From positions 35,885 to 99,884 of the forward strand of contig JAZNGW010000028.1 of assembly GCA_045576655.1 (NCBI GenBank): a DNA stretch of 64,000 nt, written 5' to 3'. Of the stretch, positions 1-10,100 are shown one piece after another. The DNA comes from Bacteroidaceae bacterium. Lineage in GTDB: Bacteria; Bacteroidota; Bacteroidia; Bacteroidales; Bacteroidaceae. The notes under the pieces were generated by a model. The model saw only the letters and a program-made list of their open reading frames with translations. It was not told the DNA's origin and did no database searches. The first letter of the stretch is position 1; each line of letters begins with the position of its first letter. The position numbers and the translations under genes were made by a program.

Positions 1-524
1 AAATATTCATCCGCCGCAACCACCGTCTGATGAAGGCGGCAAGTGAGGAGGTACGCGTGTCAAGCATCATCCGCAGGATAGACATGTCGACCCTGCTCTT
101 CTTCCTCGGCATCCTGCTCACCGTGAGCGCCCTGCAGGAAACAGGCACGCTCAACCTCTTCGGCACATGGCTCAACGACGAGTTTGGCAACGTCTACATA
201 GTCGACTCCCTCATCGGTATCATGTCGTCAATCGTCGACAACGTGCCACTTGTTGCCAGCGCCATGGGTATGTATGACATTCAGCCGGAAGGAACTATCG
301 GAGCTATGCAGGCCTACTGCCAAGACGGAGTCTTTTGGGAGCTCCTGGCCTACTGCGCCGGCATCGGAGGCAGTATCCTCATCATCGGTTCGGCAGCGGG
401 AGTGGTTGTCATGGGACTTGAGAACATCAGTTTCGGATGGTACCTCAAGCGGTTCAGCTGGTTGGCTCTCATAGGTTACTTCGCCGGAATCTTCGCTTAT
501 TGGTTGCAAAACCTCATCTTCTGA
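1..524 (+). CDS. ArsB/NhaD-superfamily (NhaD / CitMHS-like) permease, C-terminal part; gene starts left of the window
   Basis: The frame of ORF 30..524 stays open back to nt 3. The product is all hydrophobic helices with 'SSIVDNVPLVASAMG' and 'GGSILIIGSAAGVV' segments typical of this permease superfamily. Confidence 0.55.
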   Translation, partial: IFIRRNHRLMKAASEEVRVSSIIRRIDMSTLLFFLGILLTVSALQETGTLNLFGTWLNDEFGNVYIVDSLIGIMSSIVDNVPLVASAMGMYDIQPEGTIGAMQAYCQDGVFWELLAYCAGIGGSILIIGSAAGVVVMGLENISFGWYLKRFSWLALIGYFAGIFAYWLQNLIF

Positions 525-585
525 CAAAAGACCTCGCTACATCCGCTTGCATTTATCAGCAAAAATCGATAGATTTGCATCTGTT

Positions 586-1314
586 ATGCAAGAGAAAATC
601 AGAGGTATAGTATTACGCACAGTGAAATATGGCGACAACGGACTGATTGTCGACATGTTCACCGAGCAATACGGACGCCGTTCTTTCGCCACGAAAGTGA
701 CGAAGGGACGGCGGACTGCGTCTAACGCCTCCTTGTGGAACCCGCTGGCTATGATGGAATTTGATGCCGACATCCGCCCTAACGGCAAACTGCCTGCACC
801 CAAAGACGTCCGCCTTTACCACAACAACCTGCACACACTGCTCAGTCCTGTTAAGTCGACACTGACGCTCTTTCTCGCCGAATTTCTAACCCACGCACTA
901 AAGAGCGAAACGGAGAACGACGCGCTATATTCATACTTGGAGGTTTCGTTGCAATGGCTCAACAACGCTGAAAAGGACTACACCAATTTCCATTTGGTGT
1001 TTCTGATGCGACTGACCCGCTTCCTTGGCATATACCCCAACCTCGACAGCGCATCGCCGCTCGACTTCTTCGACATGGAATCGGGATGTTACTGCAAGGC
1101 AAGACCCTACCACCCCAACTATCTCAACAGCGCCGACGCCATACGCATACCCATGCTGTTCCGCATGAACTACGACACGATGCACCTGTTCCGCATGTCG
1201 CGCACTGAGCGGTGGAGCATACTGACGACCCTCAACACCTACTACCGTCTGCACATACCCGGATTTCCCGAGCTGAAGTCGCTGGACGTACTGCACGAGG
1301 TGTTTAGCAACTGA
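586..1314 (+). CDS. recO: DNA repair protein RecO
   Basis: From the internal Met the product 'MQEKIRGIVLRTVKYGDNGLIVDMFTEQYGRRSF...' (242 aa) matches the RecO N-terminal OB-fold pattern and length. The ORF-track start at 547 is probably too far upstream. Confidence 0.8.
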   Translation: MQEKIRGIVLRTVKYGDNGLIVDMFTEQYGRRSFATKVTKGRRTASNASLWNPLAMMEFDADIRPNGKLPAPKDVRLYHNNLHTLLSPVKSTLTLFLAEFLTHALKSETENDALYSYLEVSLQWLNNAEKDYTNFHLVFLMRLTRFLGIYPNLDSASPLDFFDMESGCYCKARPYHPNYLNSADAIRIPMLFRMNYDTMHLFRMSRTERWSILTTLNTYYRLHIPGFPELKSLDVLHEVFSN

Positions 1315-1342
1315 CTACAAGATAACAAATATACCGAATATT

Positions 1343-2638
1343 ATGAAAGCAATAAAACTCGCGCTCATAGCCGCTACGCTCACAGCAGGAAGTATGTCGG
1401 CACAGACCTACAACTTCATTTTCGACAAGAAGGCTAAGACTGACATTAGCAAGAAAACAGACGGAAGTACCGTCGTAATCACACCGGCAGACGTATATCA
1501 ACCTGAGAAAGACTACGGATTTGACTTTATGCCCTCAACTGCCGAAGCAGGCAAACCGTTCTTCTTCTCCGTTGATGTGCCCGACGGGAACTACAAAGTC
1601 ACCGTTGCGCTCGGTTCAAAGAAGGCCAAGGGAAACACCACTGTGCGTGCGGAATCTCGCCGACTGTTCCTCGAGAACATACCGACAAAGCGAGGCGAGT
1701 TCAAAACATACTCCTTCGTAGTGAACAAGCGCGACACAAAGATTGGCGACAAGGATCGAGTAAAGATTAAGAAGCGAGAGGAGAAAAAACTCAACTGGGA
1801 CGACAAACTGACCATCGAGATAAACGGCGACGCTCCCGCTTGTGCTGCTATCCGCATCGAACCGGCACCGCAGGATGTCCCTACCATTTGGCTATGCGGA
1901 AATTCCACCGTTGTGGACCAGGACTATGAGCCGTGGGCAAGTTGGGGACAGATGATTCCTCGTTGGTTTGACGACCGTGTGTGCTTCGCCAACTATGCCG
2001 AGAGCGGCGAGACTGCATCAACATTCATCGGCGCCAACCGCCTGAAGAAGATTCTTTCGCTGATGAAAGCCGGCGACTACATCTTTATCGAGTTCGGCCA
2101 CAATGACCAGAAACAGAAGTTTGCCGGAGCGGGGGCATACTACAACTTCGCAACCTGTCTGAAGACCTTTGTCGACGAAGCACGCAAGCGCGGTGCCACT
2201 CCTGTGTTTGTCACGCCTACACAGCGTCGCTCATTCGACGAAAACGGCAAAATCAAGGAGACCCACGCCGATTATCCCGACGCAATGCGATGGGTGGCAA
2301 AGCGCGAAGGGGTGCAACTCATCGAACTCCACGACATGACTCGCACTTTCTATGAGACACTCGGTGTGGAGCAGTCGAAGCGTGCCTTCGTACACTACCC
2401 TGCCGGCAGTTTCCCAGGCCAGGGAGGTCCGCTTGCCGACAACACCCACTTCAACCCTTACGGCGCTTACGAAATTTCCAAAATGATAGTGGAAGGCATG
2501 AAGTCGCTCAATCTGCCTCTCGTAGAATGTCTGCGTCCCGACTACAAGGCATACGACCCTGCACAGCCTGACGCTTTTGACTCATTCCACTGGAACGACT
2601 CGCCGTTCATAGAAGTGCAAAAGCCCGACGGAAACTAA
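1343..2638 (+). CDS. Secreted SGNH/GDSL hydrolase, rhamnogalacturonan acetylesterase-like (CE12-type)
   Basis: Signal peptide. N-terminal beta-sandwich, then SGNH blocks: 'IWLCGNSTV' (block I Ser), 'EFGHND' (block III) and 'ADNTHFNPYGA' (block V DxxH). Confidence 0.7.
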   Translation: MKAIKLALIAATLTAGSMSAQTYNFIFDKKAKTDISKKTDGSTVVITPADVYQPEKDYGFDFMPSTAEAGKPFFFSVDVPDGNYKVTVALGSKKAKGNTTVRAESRRLFLENIPTKRGEFKTYSFVVNKRDTKIGDKDRVKIKKREEKKLNWDDKLTIEINGDAPACAAIRIEPAPQDVPTIWLCGNSTVVDQDYEPWASWGQMIPRWFDDRVCFANYAESGETASTFIGANRLKKILSLMKAGDYIFIEFGHNDQKQKFAGAGAYYNFATCLKTFVDEARKRGATPVFVTPTQRRSFDENGKIKETHADYPDAMRWVAKREGVQLIELHDMTRTFYETLGVEQSKRAFVHYPAGSFPGQGGPLADNTHFNPYGAYEISKMIVEGMKSLNLPLVECLRPDYKAYDPAQPDAFDSFHWNDSPFIEVQKPDGN

Positions 2639-2677
2639 AAACCACAGAATCAGAAAATTCTGAATACTCTGAATATC

Positions 2678-2739
2678 CCGACTACTCTGATTACTCCGAC
2701 TACTCTGATTACTCCGATATTCCTATTATTCCGACTATT
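2678..2739. repeat. Tandem 18-bp repeat (CCGACTACTCTGATTACT x2 plus degenerate third unit) in an intergenic spacer
   Basis: Units at 2678..2695 and 2696..2713 are identical. 2714..2739 is a decayed copy. Related CTGAAT/CTGATT words start at 2641. Confidence 0.8.
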
Positions 2740-2751
2740 AACCCTTCCACA

Positions 2752-5532
2752 ATGAAGAAAGCATCTATCGCCATATTATCATTGCTGCTCACAAGCATAG
2801 GAGCAACAGCACAATCGTGGATCGAGACACGTCCCGAAGCAAAACCATACACACGGTGGTGGTGGCTCGGCAGCGCCGTCGACACGGCCAACCTCAGTTA
2901 CAACTTACAAGAATACGCCCGTGCCGGAATTGGCGGAGTGGAAATCACGCCCATCTACGGCGTGCAGGGCAACGATGCCAACGACATCCCCTATCTCTCG
3001 CCCAAATGGATGGAAGCGCTTGAGCACGTAGTCACCAAAGGCAGAGACGCAGGCATCGAAACGAACATGTCAACAGGCACAGGATGGCCTTTCGGCGGTC
3101 CGCTCGTATCAATCGACGATGCCGCAGCCAAAGCAATATTCCAGCAGTACGACGTAGAGGTAACCAAGAAAGGGCAGACTCTCAACGTGGCTTGCACTGA
3201 TGCCAAGCAGAAGAAGTTTGCACGCCTTGAGAAGGTAATGGCATACAAGGCTGTCAAAGAGGGAAAGGCTATCAACCGTGTAGTGGTCGACCTCACGCCA
3301 GACACCGACAAAGCGACTGGCGATGTCAGTCTTGGGAAGCTCAGCAAAGATAACTGGCACATCGTGGCGCTCTACATAGGCCGCACGCTGCAAAAGGTGA
3401 AGCGCGCCGCTCCAGGGGGCGAAGGATATGTCATAGACCACTTCAACCGAGGCGCCGTGGAGCGCTATCTCCACAGGTTTGACACGGCTTTCGTAAACCA
3501 ATACACGGAGGAATATCCGCACACGTTCTTCAACGACTCCTACGAGGTGTACGGCGCTGACTGGACTCCGCTCCTGCTCGACGAGTTCGCCAAGCGCCGC
3601 GGCTACCGTATTGAAGACCACTTCCCTGAGTTCCTGCTCGACAATGACAAACGCACCGACGCAAGCCGTCGCATAATTAGCGACTATCGTGAAACTTTAG
3701 GCGAACTACTACTCGAGAACTTCACTTCGCAATGGACCGAATGGGCTCACCGACAAGGGTCGATCACCCGCAACCAGGCTCACGGAAGTCCGGCAAACCT
3801 CATCGACATCTATGCCGAAGTCGACATACCTGAATGTGAGGGATTCGGACTCAGCGACTTCAACATCAAGGGGCTGCGTCGTGATCCAGGATTTACGAAG
3901 AAGAACGACTCCGACATCTCCATGCTCAAGTACGCATCGTCGGGAGCACACATCTCAGGCAAGCAGTTCACCTCGTCCGAGACATTCACCTGGCTCACCG
4001 AGCACTTCCGCACTTCGCTCTCGCAGTGCAAACCCGACCTCGACCTCCTGTTCGTTTCGGGAGTCAACCACGTGTTCTTCCACGGCTCATGCTATTCGCC
4101 ACGCGAAGCCGAATGGCCAGGATGGCGTTTCTACGCATCGGTCGACATGACCCCAGCCAACAGCCAATGGCGCGACATGCCGGCATTCACAAAGTACATC
4201 GAGCGCTGCCAGTCGTTCCTCCAATGGGGCGAGCCCGACAACGACCTGCTCGTCTACCTCCCCTACTACGATATGATCTACGAGCAGCCCGACCGCCTCG
4301 CACTCTTCGACATCCACTCCATGGAACGCCGCGCTCCGAAATTCATCCACACCATCCAAAACATCATCAACAACAGTTATGACGTCGACTACATATCCGA
4401 CAAGTACCTTGAGCGGACAACAATAAAGGATGGCACCCTCACCACCACAGGCAAGAACAAGTACGCCGGCATCATTGTTCCTGGCGTGCGCTTCATGCCG
4501 CTCAGCACTCTTGAGAAGCTGGCAGAACTCGCCGACAAGGGAGCAACCATTGTCTTTACCGAGGCACTGCCTCAGTCCGTGCCAGGCTACCTCAACGAAG
4601 CCGAACAGGAGCAGTTTGAGAAAATAATCGCAAGCATCAAGGACAAGAAGGGCATCTTCGTGGCAGAAAACACAGAAACAGGACTCACGCACTTCAACGC
4701 CCGTCCTGAGCCTATGCGCAAAGTTCACGGCCTAAGCTGCATACGCCGCTCCAACCCTGACGGACATCATTACTTCATATCCAACCTCCAAGGCAAAGAC
4801 GTCGACGCATGGGTAGAGCTCGGCACTGCGGCTACAAAAGCAGCCTTCTACAACCCGATGAACGGAGCAATAACCGAAGCCTCAATTCGCCGAAACGGTG
4901 CCAAGACCGAAGTGCTAATGCAACTCGCCTCTGGCGAATCAGTCATCCTGCGCACATTCACAGAGTCGATGCCTGCCGACCTCGCCGACCTGCAACCACA
5001 CAAGTATCTCGCAGCGCAACCGTCGGCAACCATCAACCTCGACAAGGGCTGGAACCTCTACTTCAAGGACAGCGCACCAGTCAACATCGACGAAGAATTC
5101 AATCTCGGCGCACCTCGTCCGTGGACAGCGCTCGGCAACAAGACGCTCAACACAACGATGGGCACAGGAGCATTCTACACCATCTTCAACCTTAAATACG
5201 ACGCCGACGCCACATATATCCTCGACCTCGGCGACGTGCGCGAATCGGCAGCCGTACGCGTCAACGGCAAGGAATGCGGCACACTCTTCGCCCTGCCTTA
5301 CCGCATAGACATTTCCGACTACGTGCACCAGGGTGAGAACACGCTCGAAGTCGACGTGACCAACCTGCCAGCCAACCGCATCGCCGAACTCGACCGCCAA
5401 GGTATAGCATGGCGCAAGTTCAAAGAAATCAATGTGGTCGACCTCAACTACAAGAAGACCACATACGCCCAGTGGCAGACCGTACCATCAGGACTCAACT
5501 CCGACGTGAACATCCTTATATACAAAAAATGA
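2752..5532 (+). CDS. Large secreted glycoside hydrolase, probably GH106-type (alpha-L-rhamnosidase family) with C-terminal galactose-binding-like domain
   Basis: Signal peptide. N-terminal 'RPEAKPYTRWWWLGSAV...YARAGIGGVEITPIYG' resembles the start of the GH106 barrel as I recall it. C-terminal 'GENTLEVDVTNLPANR' is a GH2-type sugar-binding-domain signature. The neighbour is a pectin esterase. Confidence 0.55.
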   Translation: MKKASIAILSLLLTSIGATAQSWIETRPEAKPYTRWWWLGSAVDTANLSYNLQEYARAGIGGVEITPIYGVQGNDANDIPYLSPKWMEALEHVVTKGRDAGIETNMSTGTGWPFGGPLVSIDDAAAKAIFQQYDVEVTKKGQTLNVACTDAKQKKFARLEKVMAYKAVKEGKAINRVVVDLTPDTDKATGDVSLGKLSKDNWHIVALYIGRTLQKVKRAAPGGEGYVIDHFNRGAVERYLHRFDTAFVNQYTEEYPHTFFNDSYEVYGADWTPLLLDEFAKRRGYRIEDHFPEFLLDNDKRTDASRRIISDYRETLGELLLENFTSQWTEWAHRQGSITRNQAHGSPANLIDIYAEVDIPECEGFGLSDFNIKGLRRDPGFTKKNDSDISMLKYASSGAHISGKQFTSSETFTWLTEHFRTSLSQCKPDLDLLFVSGVNHVFFHGSCYSPREAEWPGWRFYASVDMTPANSQWRDMPAFTKYIERCQSFLQWGEPDNDLLVYLPYYDMIYEQPDRLALFDIHSMERRAPKFIHTIQNIINNSYDVDYISDKYLERTTIKDGTLTTTGKNKYAGIIVPGVRFMPLSTLEKLAELADKGATIVFTEALPQSVPGYLNEAEQEQFEKIIASIKDKKGIFVAENTETGLTHFNARPEPMRKVHGLSCIRRSNPDGHHYFISNLQGKDVDAWVELGTAATKAAFYNPMNGAITEASIRRNGAKTEVLMQLASGESVILRTFTESMPADLADLQPHKYLAAQPSATINLDKGWNLYFKDSAPVNIDEEFNLGAPRPWTALGNKTLNTTMGTGAFYTIFNLKYDADATYILDLGDVRESAAVRVNGKECGTLFALPYRIDISDYVHQGENTLEVDVTNLPANRIAELDRQGIAWRKFKEINVVDLNYKKTTYAQWQTVPSGLNSDVNILIYKK

Positions 5533-5700
5533 CCCCTTTTTACAAGTTGACACCCGCAGTGCCTCCCCAGTACGGACAAAGACAGAAAACAATGACAAAA
5601 TGCAAGAAAAATCCTTAATAAAACCCATTTTTAGCATGTGTGTGCGACAACACATGTTATCAAACACACAAAACCATTACCACAAGTAAGAGGAAAGTTG

Positions 5701-5708
5701 TAACTTTG
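5701..5708 (+). promoter_or_regulatory. Candidate Bacteroides-type -7 box (TAACTTTG = TAnnTTTG)
   Basis: Exact match to the TAnnTTTG consensus in an ORF-free spacer. No clear -33 TTTG. Confidence 0.25.
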
Positions 5709-5713
5709 CGACA

Positions 5714-5797
5714 TCCTAAAAACAATCTTTTTACCTTAAAAAATTAATACTTATTGAGAACGAAAGGAGGCATTCGCGAGAATCCCTCCTTTTTTTG
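5714..5797 (+). ncRNA. Candidate small non-coding RNA (~85 nt) bounded by a -7 box and an intrinsic terminator
   Basis: There is no ATG-initiated ORF between the -7 box (5701..5708) and a strong hairpin plus T7 tract (5765..5797). It lies 180 bp past the stop of the upstream gene. Confidence 0.25.
5765..5797 (+). terminator. Rho-independent terminator
   Basis: AGGAGG-c-ATTC-GCGA-GAAT-c-CCTCCT stem with a GNRA-type loop, followed by TTTTTTT. Confidence 0.55.
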
Positions 5798-5812
5798 TGC
5801 CTAACCCTCGAA

Positions 5813-5832
5813 GGGGCGGTACTGCCCGCCCC
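5813..5832. repeat. GC-rich hairpin word (GGGGCGG-tactgc-CCGCCCC), member of a dispersed family
   Basis: 7-bp G/C stem. Similar GGGCGGG...CCCGCCC hairpins occur at 46749..46767, ~62301..62318 and 62372..62393. Confidence 0.6.
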
Positions 5833-5949
5833 ACTAACGGAAGCGGGAAGGATAACGGGAAACGTTTAGCGGACAGCTCCAAGACAAGCGCAAATAAAAA
5901 CAGCCAGCACCGTCGCTCCCCCGCCGCAGAGAGGTACAAACTACAAACT

Positions 5950-6033
5950 CAGACTAAGTATGTACAAACTCAGACTAAAAACATATAAACTCAGCCTAAG
6001 TTTATACAAACTCAGACTGAGTTTCAAATCCTG
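5950..6033 (+). repeat. Array of four exactly 21-bp-phased units (CAGACTAAGT...AAACT family), copy A
   Basis: Units start at 5950, 5971, 5992 and 6013. Each contains the quasi-palindrome AAACTCAGNCTAAGTTT. Confidence 0.85.
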
Positions 6034-6093
6034 AGCGAGACAACGCAACATTCAAGCCCTATATTCAAATGAAATTGAGCGCAGAAACAAGAA

Positions 6094-6130
6094 GGGCTGC
6101 ACGCGCCAGTAATTGAGCGCGGTGCAGCCC
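6094..6130 (-). terminator. Rho-independent terminator of the lipoprotein gene
   Basis: GGGCTGCACGCGC / GCGCGGTGCAGCCC stem. On the minus strand it is followed by TTCTTGTTTCT. Confidence 0.5.
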
Positions 6131-6163
6131 CTGCTTATGGTAAGCGGTCACACTCTGTGACTT

Positions 6164-7021
6164 TTAGTTCTCTACGACCCAACCGAGGTCTTCGTAGCGC
6201 TTCAGTTCAATCTTCTGGTCGTATCTCGAACCTTCGCGTGGAGCGCCAAGTGCATGGCCGAATGGAGTTTTGCCTGTGAACTCAATGATAACCTTGCATT
6301 CGCCCTTGCCTACCTTCCAGTACTCTTCTGGGCAGAACACTTCCTTAGCCTTCACGATTTCGAGTTCGCCAGTAACGACAGTGACAGTCTCGAAATTGAC
6401 TTTTGCCTGTGCCTTTTCGTATGCGCTCGGAGTCTCCGAAGCTGAAGCCGGTTTGTCGTTGTCGGCTGAGTAGTTTGAATCATCGCCATAAACTGGTTCG
6501 TCAGCAGGTTCATCGGCAGCGTCATCCGCCTTTTTAGGTTCTGGTTGCAATGTCGTAACCTTCAGTTCTGGATAATCGGTCATGTATTCAGGCAGTTTCT
6601 CGTCTTCAAGCATTTCGTCAAGTTTCAAGTCCTTGGCGATGTCGGCCCGCCCATGCTTCACTTCGTCGGTGAAAAGATACTTACGCCCCTTGTCCGTCAA
6701 CTCGACTTTGGCATAATAATGGTCTACATATTCATAATAATAGCCGCGCCAGCTGTATCTCTGCTTGGCTTCGACAGCCTTCTCGGCTGCAAAGGTGATC
6801 ATTCCTGCCGCCTGCAGTTGCTGATACTTTGCGTAGTCATCGTACGTCACTTCGAAATAGCCAGTAGTAAGCTCGGCTGTCTGCTTAGGGTTGCCCTCCC
6901 AGTAGAGGTCCTTCTTCACAGCGTCTTCAGCCAGACCAGCCGTAAGGATTGTGTCGTCGCCACAAGATGTGACCGCTGTCAGTCCGGCAACAGCCACTAA
7001 ACCAAAAATAATCTTCCTCAT
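6164..7021 (-). CDS. Hypothetical lipoprotein with acidic low-complexity linker
   Basis: Internal Met gives 'MRKIIFGLVAVAGLTAVTSCGDD' (lipobox). There is no recognisable catalytic motif. A D/E/P/A-rich linker separates the two halves. Confidence 0.6.
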   Translation of the reverse strand: MRKIIFGLVAVAGLTAVTSCGDDTILTAGLAEDAVKKDLYWEGNPKQTAELTTGYFEVTYDDYAKYQQLQAAGMITFAAEKAVEAKQRYSWRGYYYEYVDHYYAKVELTDKGRKYLFTDEVKHGRADIAKDLKLDEMLEDEKLPEYMTDYPELKVTTLQPEPKKADDAADEPADEPVYGDDSNYSADNDKPASASETPSAYEKAQAKVNFETVTVVTGELEIVKAKEVFCPEEYWKVGKGECKVIIEFTGKTPFGHALGAPREGSRYDQKIELKRYEDLGWVVEN

Positions 7022-7123
7022 AGTGCGTTTTTTTTGTTTTAAGGTTAGTAAACATGGCAAATGTATGAAATATATTCCGTTTCGCATGCACTTTTGCAGG
7101 AAAAGTTAGAGTCAGGCAAAACA

Positions 7124-7145
7124 AAAGGGCGCTTTCGCGCCCTTT
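7124..7145 (-). terminator. Rho-independent terminator of the 1661-aa gene
   Basis: Minus strand reads AAGGGCGC-GAAA-GCGCCCTT followed by TTGTTTTG. Confidence 0.55.
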
Positions 7146-7166
7146 CCCCCAATATGAAAATTTGTT

Positions 7167-10100
7167 TTATCGCACAACAACCTTAACCACGCTGTTAGCA
7201 GAGCGAACCATATATATGCCTGGCTGCTGCACTGCTGCGGATGAAAGTTTAGTGCCTCCGAGTGTGAATACTTCGAAATCGTCAGTGCCATGCACGATGA
7301 TGCGTCGGTCGACAACTGACACGCTCATGCCCGCGCCTTCGCCTTGTGACGCAACTCCGTCAATGCCGACAGCATCGGTGGAAATTCCGCCCTTGCTGAG
7401 CGCCACCCATCCGAACAAGTCGGCTGTGCTGCTGTTGTTCTTTATGCCAGTCTTGCTGGAGTCGACCAGTTTGCGCACTTTCATGTATTCAACATAAGTC
7501 TTGTCGTCAATCGTCTCATTATATACACTAGATTGACGAAGCACTGCGCCACCTGTGTAATTGAACGTTCTCATAGAAGCAAAGACAAGAGGATCTTCAA
7601 GGAGCAGCGTGTCATTGCGAGTCACATTGCCCTCTTCATCGTAATCACAATCCGTAAAGTACAAGTTACGGGCTCCGATGCCGTACACTTTCTCGTCGCT
7701 CAGTCCTGCAGTAAGAAGCAGACCTTCCTCCTCGTCGATGCACTCGGAGCCTGGTGTGAACGCTGCATAGAAGAGAGGCTGCGCTGTGGTCACCTGCACT
7801 CCTGCTGCTTCCTCATGGAAGGTGATGACCTTGAATCCTTCATTTGTGACATCCCACACTCTGACGAAATAAGGTTCGGCTGTGATTGTAGGGTTCAGTT
7901 CAGCCAATACGACAGGTGTGATGCCCTTAGGGAACGGTTTTGCAAACTTCACTTCAAGGGTGTCGCCCATTACGGCTGTAGTGGCCACCTCGATGTCCAT
8001 GTCGCCAAACGTGTGGTTGCCCAGAGGCAGAGACATAAACGGCACATTTTCAACCTTAGTGAAAGAAACAGGGTCGTCCTGATGCTGAAGAGCGAAATAC
8101 TTGTATGTGAACTTATCCTTTTCGACATCTGTCACGAGGCTTGTAGGAACTGCGTCAGCGTTCTTGCTTGTCACGAGACCTGTAAACACGGCAGGCGCCA
8201 CCTCATAAGGATAATTGAATTCAACAGTCACAGGGTCTGTATCCAAGATAGCAAGCGAGCCGTACTTGACGAAGTCGTTGCCCGTTGCGCTTGGTATGGA
8301 AATCATCACCTCGTTAGTTGTTCGAACCTTTCTGTCGGAGTCGTACTCCCTGATTCGGTAATACACAGCGCCCGATTTGCCAAGCAATGTGTCGTTTACC
8401 GTAAGCGTAGTGTTCTCCACGTCATACAGCGTCCTTACAGCGACATACAGATTGCTCTCCTCCTCAATCTTGCGCTCAAGAACTACAGAGTCAGCAAGTT
8501 CGCCGTTAGGATGGTTCCACTTAAGCGTCGCCACCTTCTTTGAAGCGGCAAAATCAACGGTCAGGTTTGAAGGTGATTTATACACCACGCGTGGCACGTA
8601 CTGATAGTTTTCGTTGTATCCGAGTCCGGAGTTCATCTCTGCATAGAACTCGCCAAGGATGGAAAGTCCTGTGCCATACTTATATATCTTAGAGCAGTCG
8701 GCCTCGCTGTTCCAATAGGCGTAACGCTCCACGTAAGGCCATCTGTTGAGGTTCTCAAGGATTGGACGCATGCCCTCATAGTTCGCCTGCTGTGCGGCTT
8801 CTGAGAACGAGCGGTCGCCTGCGAAGATTCCGTTGTTGTTCCATGAAGCACCCCACACAAACTCAGATATCCAGATTGGGCGCTTGTAGTCGTTGTACCA
8901 GTTCTGGAGGCCTGGGAACGAACCTGCAGGCCAGTAGCAGTGCATGTCGAGGATGTCGCAACGCCATCCGCGCGCGTCAATCTCGTTCATGAACTCGCGC
9001 AACCAGTTCAGGCTTCCGTCGTGCGACGAAGGCGAGCAGAGTCGCATACCTGTAGCCATTGCATCCTCCCAGTACGCCAACACCTCAGCCACTGTGCCAG
9101 GCTGGTCGTCGGCCGAGTTGCCTGGTTCGTTATCGGTCTTCATGTGAGGAGAATATGTCACACGTCCGCAGTCAGCCACAGCCGGCCATGATTTGTGAAT
9201 CTTGTGAGGCACTGTCTCGGTGTCCACGCCGCGATCCTGACCAGGTCCCCAGTCGTAGCACCATGCGGAATTCAGCACCTGGTTGCCCTCGGCGCCTGTG
9301 TCGCTGGCAAGTCCCTTCTTCTGCGCGTTGTTCCACTTGAACACACGGTAGGAAGTGATGTGCTTGTCGAGCACGGCAGGGAGAGTGGCAAACTCAAGGT
9401 CTTCATGGTCGGCAATGAAGCATCGGCTATAACCGCGTCCACGCGCACCGATAGAGAATGTGACCATATATCCTCGCTTGAGTTTAAAACTTCGTATTGC
9501 ATTGTTGAGTTTCGCATCTGTAAGAGTGTTCATGTAGCCGCCGCTATTCTCAAGTCCGAAGTCATTAACTGCCGTACCCTCGAAGTTCTGCTCCGAGTAG
9601 ACTGTAAGCGGCTTGAAGTCCTTGCCGTATGGATAAATGATAGTACCGGTGTTGTACATTCTCACCTGGCAGTTGACGTTATTCTGGGCAGCCTCGCCAT
9701 TGATGTAGATGTTCTGCATGTGGCGCGCCAAGACGAGCGACGGTTTTGTCTTGTCGATTATCACAACGGCGTCAGGGTTGACGATATTGACGCTTCCCGC
9801 TGTTGCAAACGGTGTGATGCCCGCAATGTGGAAGTCTACAGCCTCTGTGACGTTGATTGCCGATGTCACCTGGTAGGCAGTGTTAGGGTTGTTCTTTGCG
9901 TCCTTGAGGAATGCTGCCACGTTCTCCAGATCGGCATACGATGTTTCGCCGTCCTCATAGAGACCCTTAGCCATGTTTATCGCGCTCAGCAGCACCTCGT
10001 TCTGGCTGCTTGCGTATTCCTGTTCTGCCGCCTCGATTGCTGCAAGCAGGTTAGCATAAGCCGCACTTGACTCCTCAGCCTCATCCGTAGCCTTGCGCAA

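Noticed and set aside
5751-5988. 62- and 63-aa ORFs in the 5.5-6.2 kb gap.
   Set aside because: They overlap the terminator hairpin, the GC hairpin and the 21-bp repeat array. Their low-complexity products are better explained by non-coding elements.
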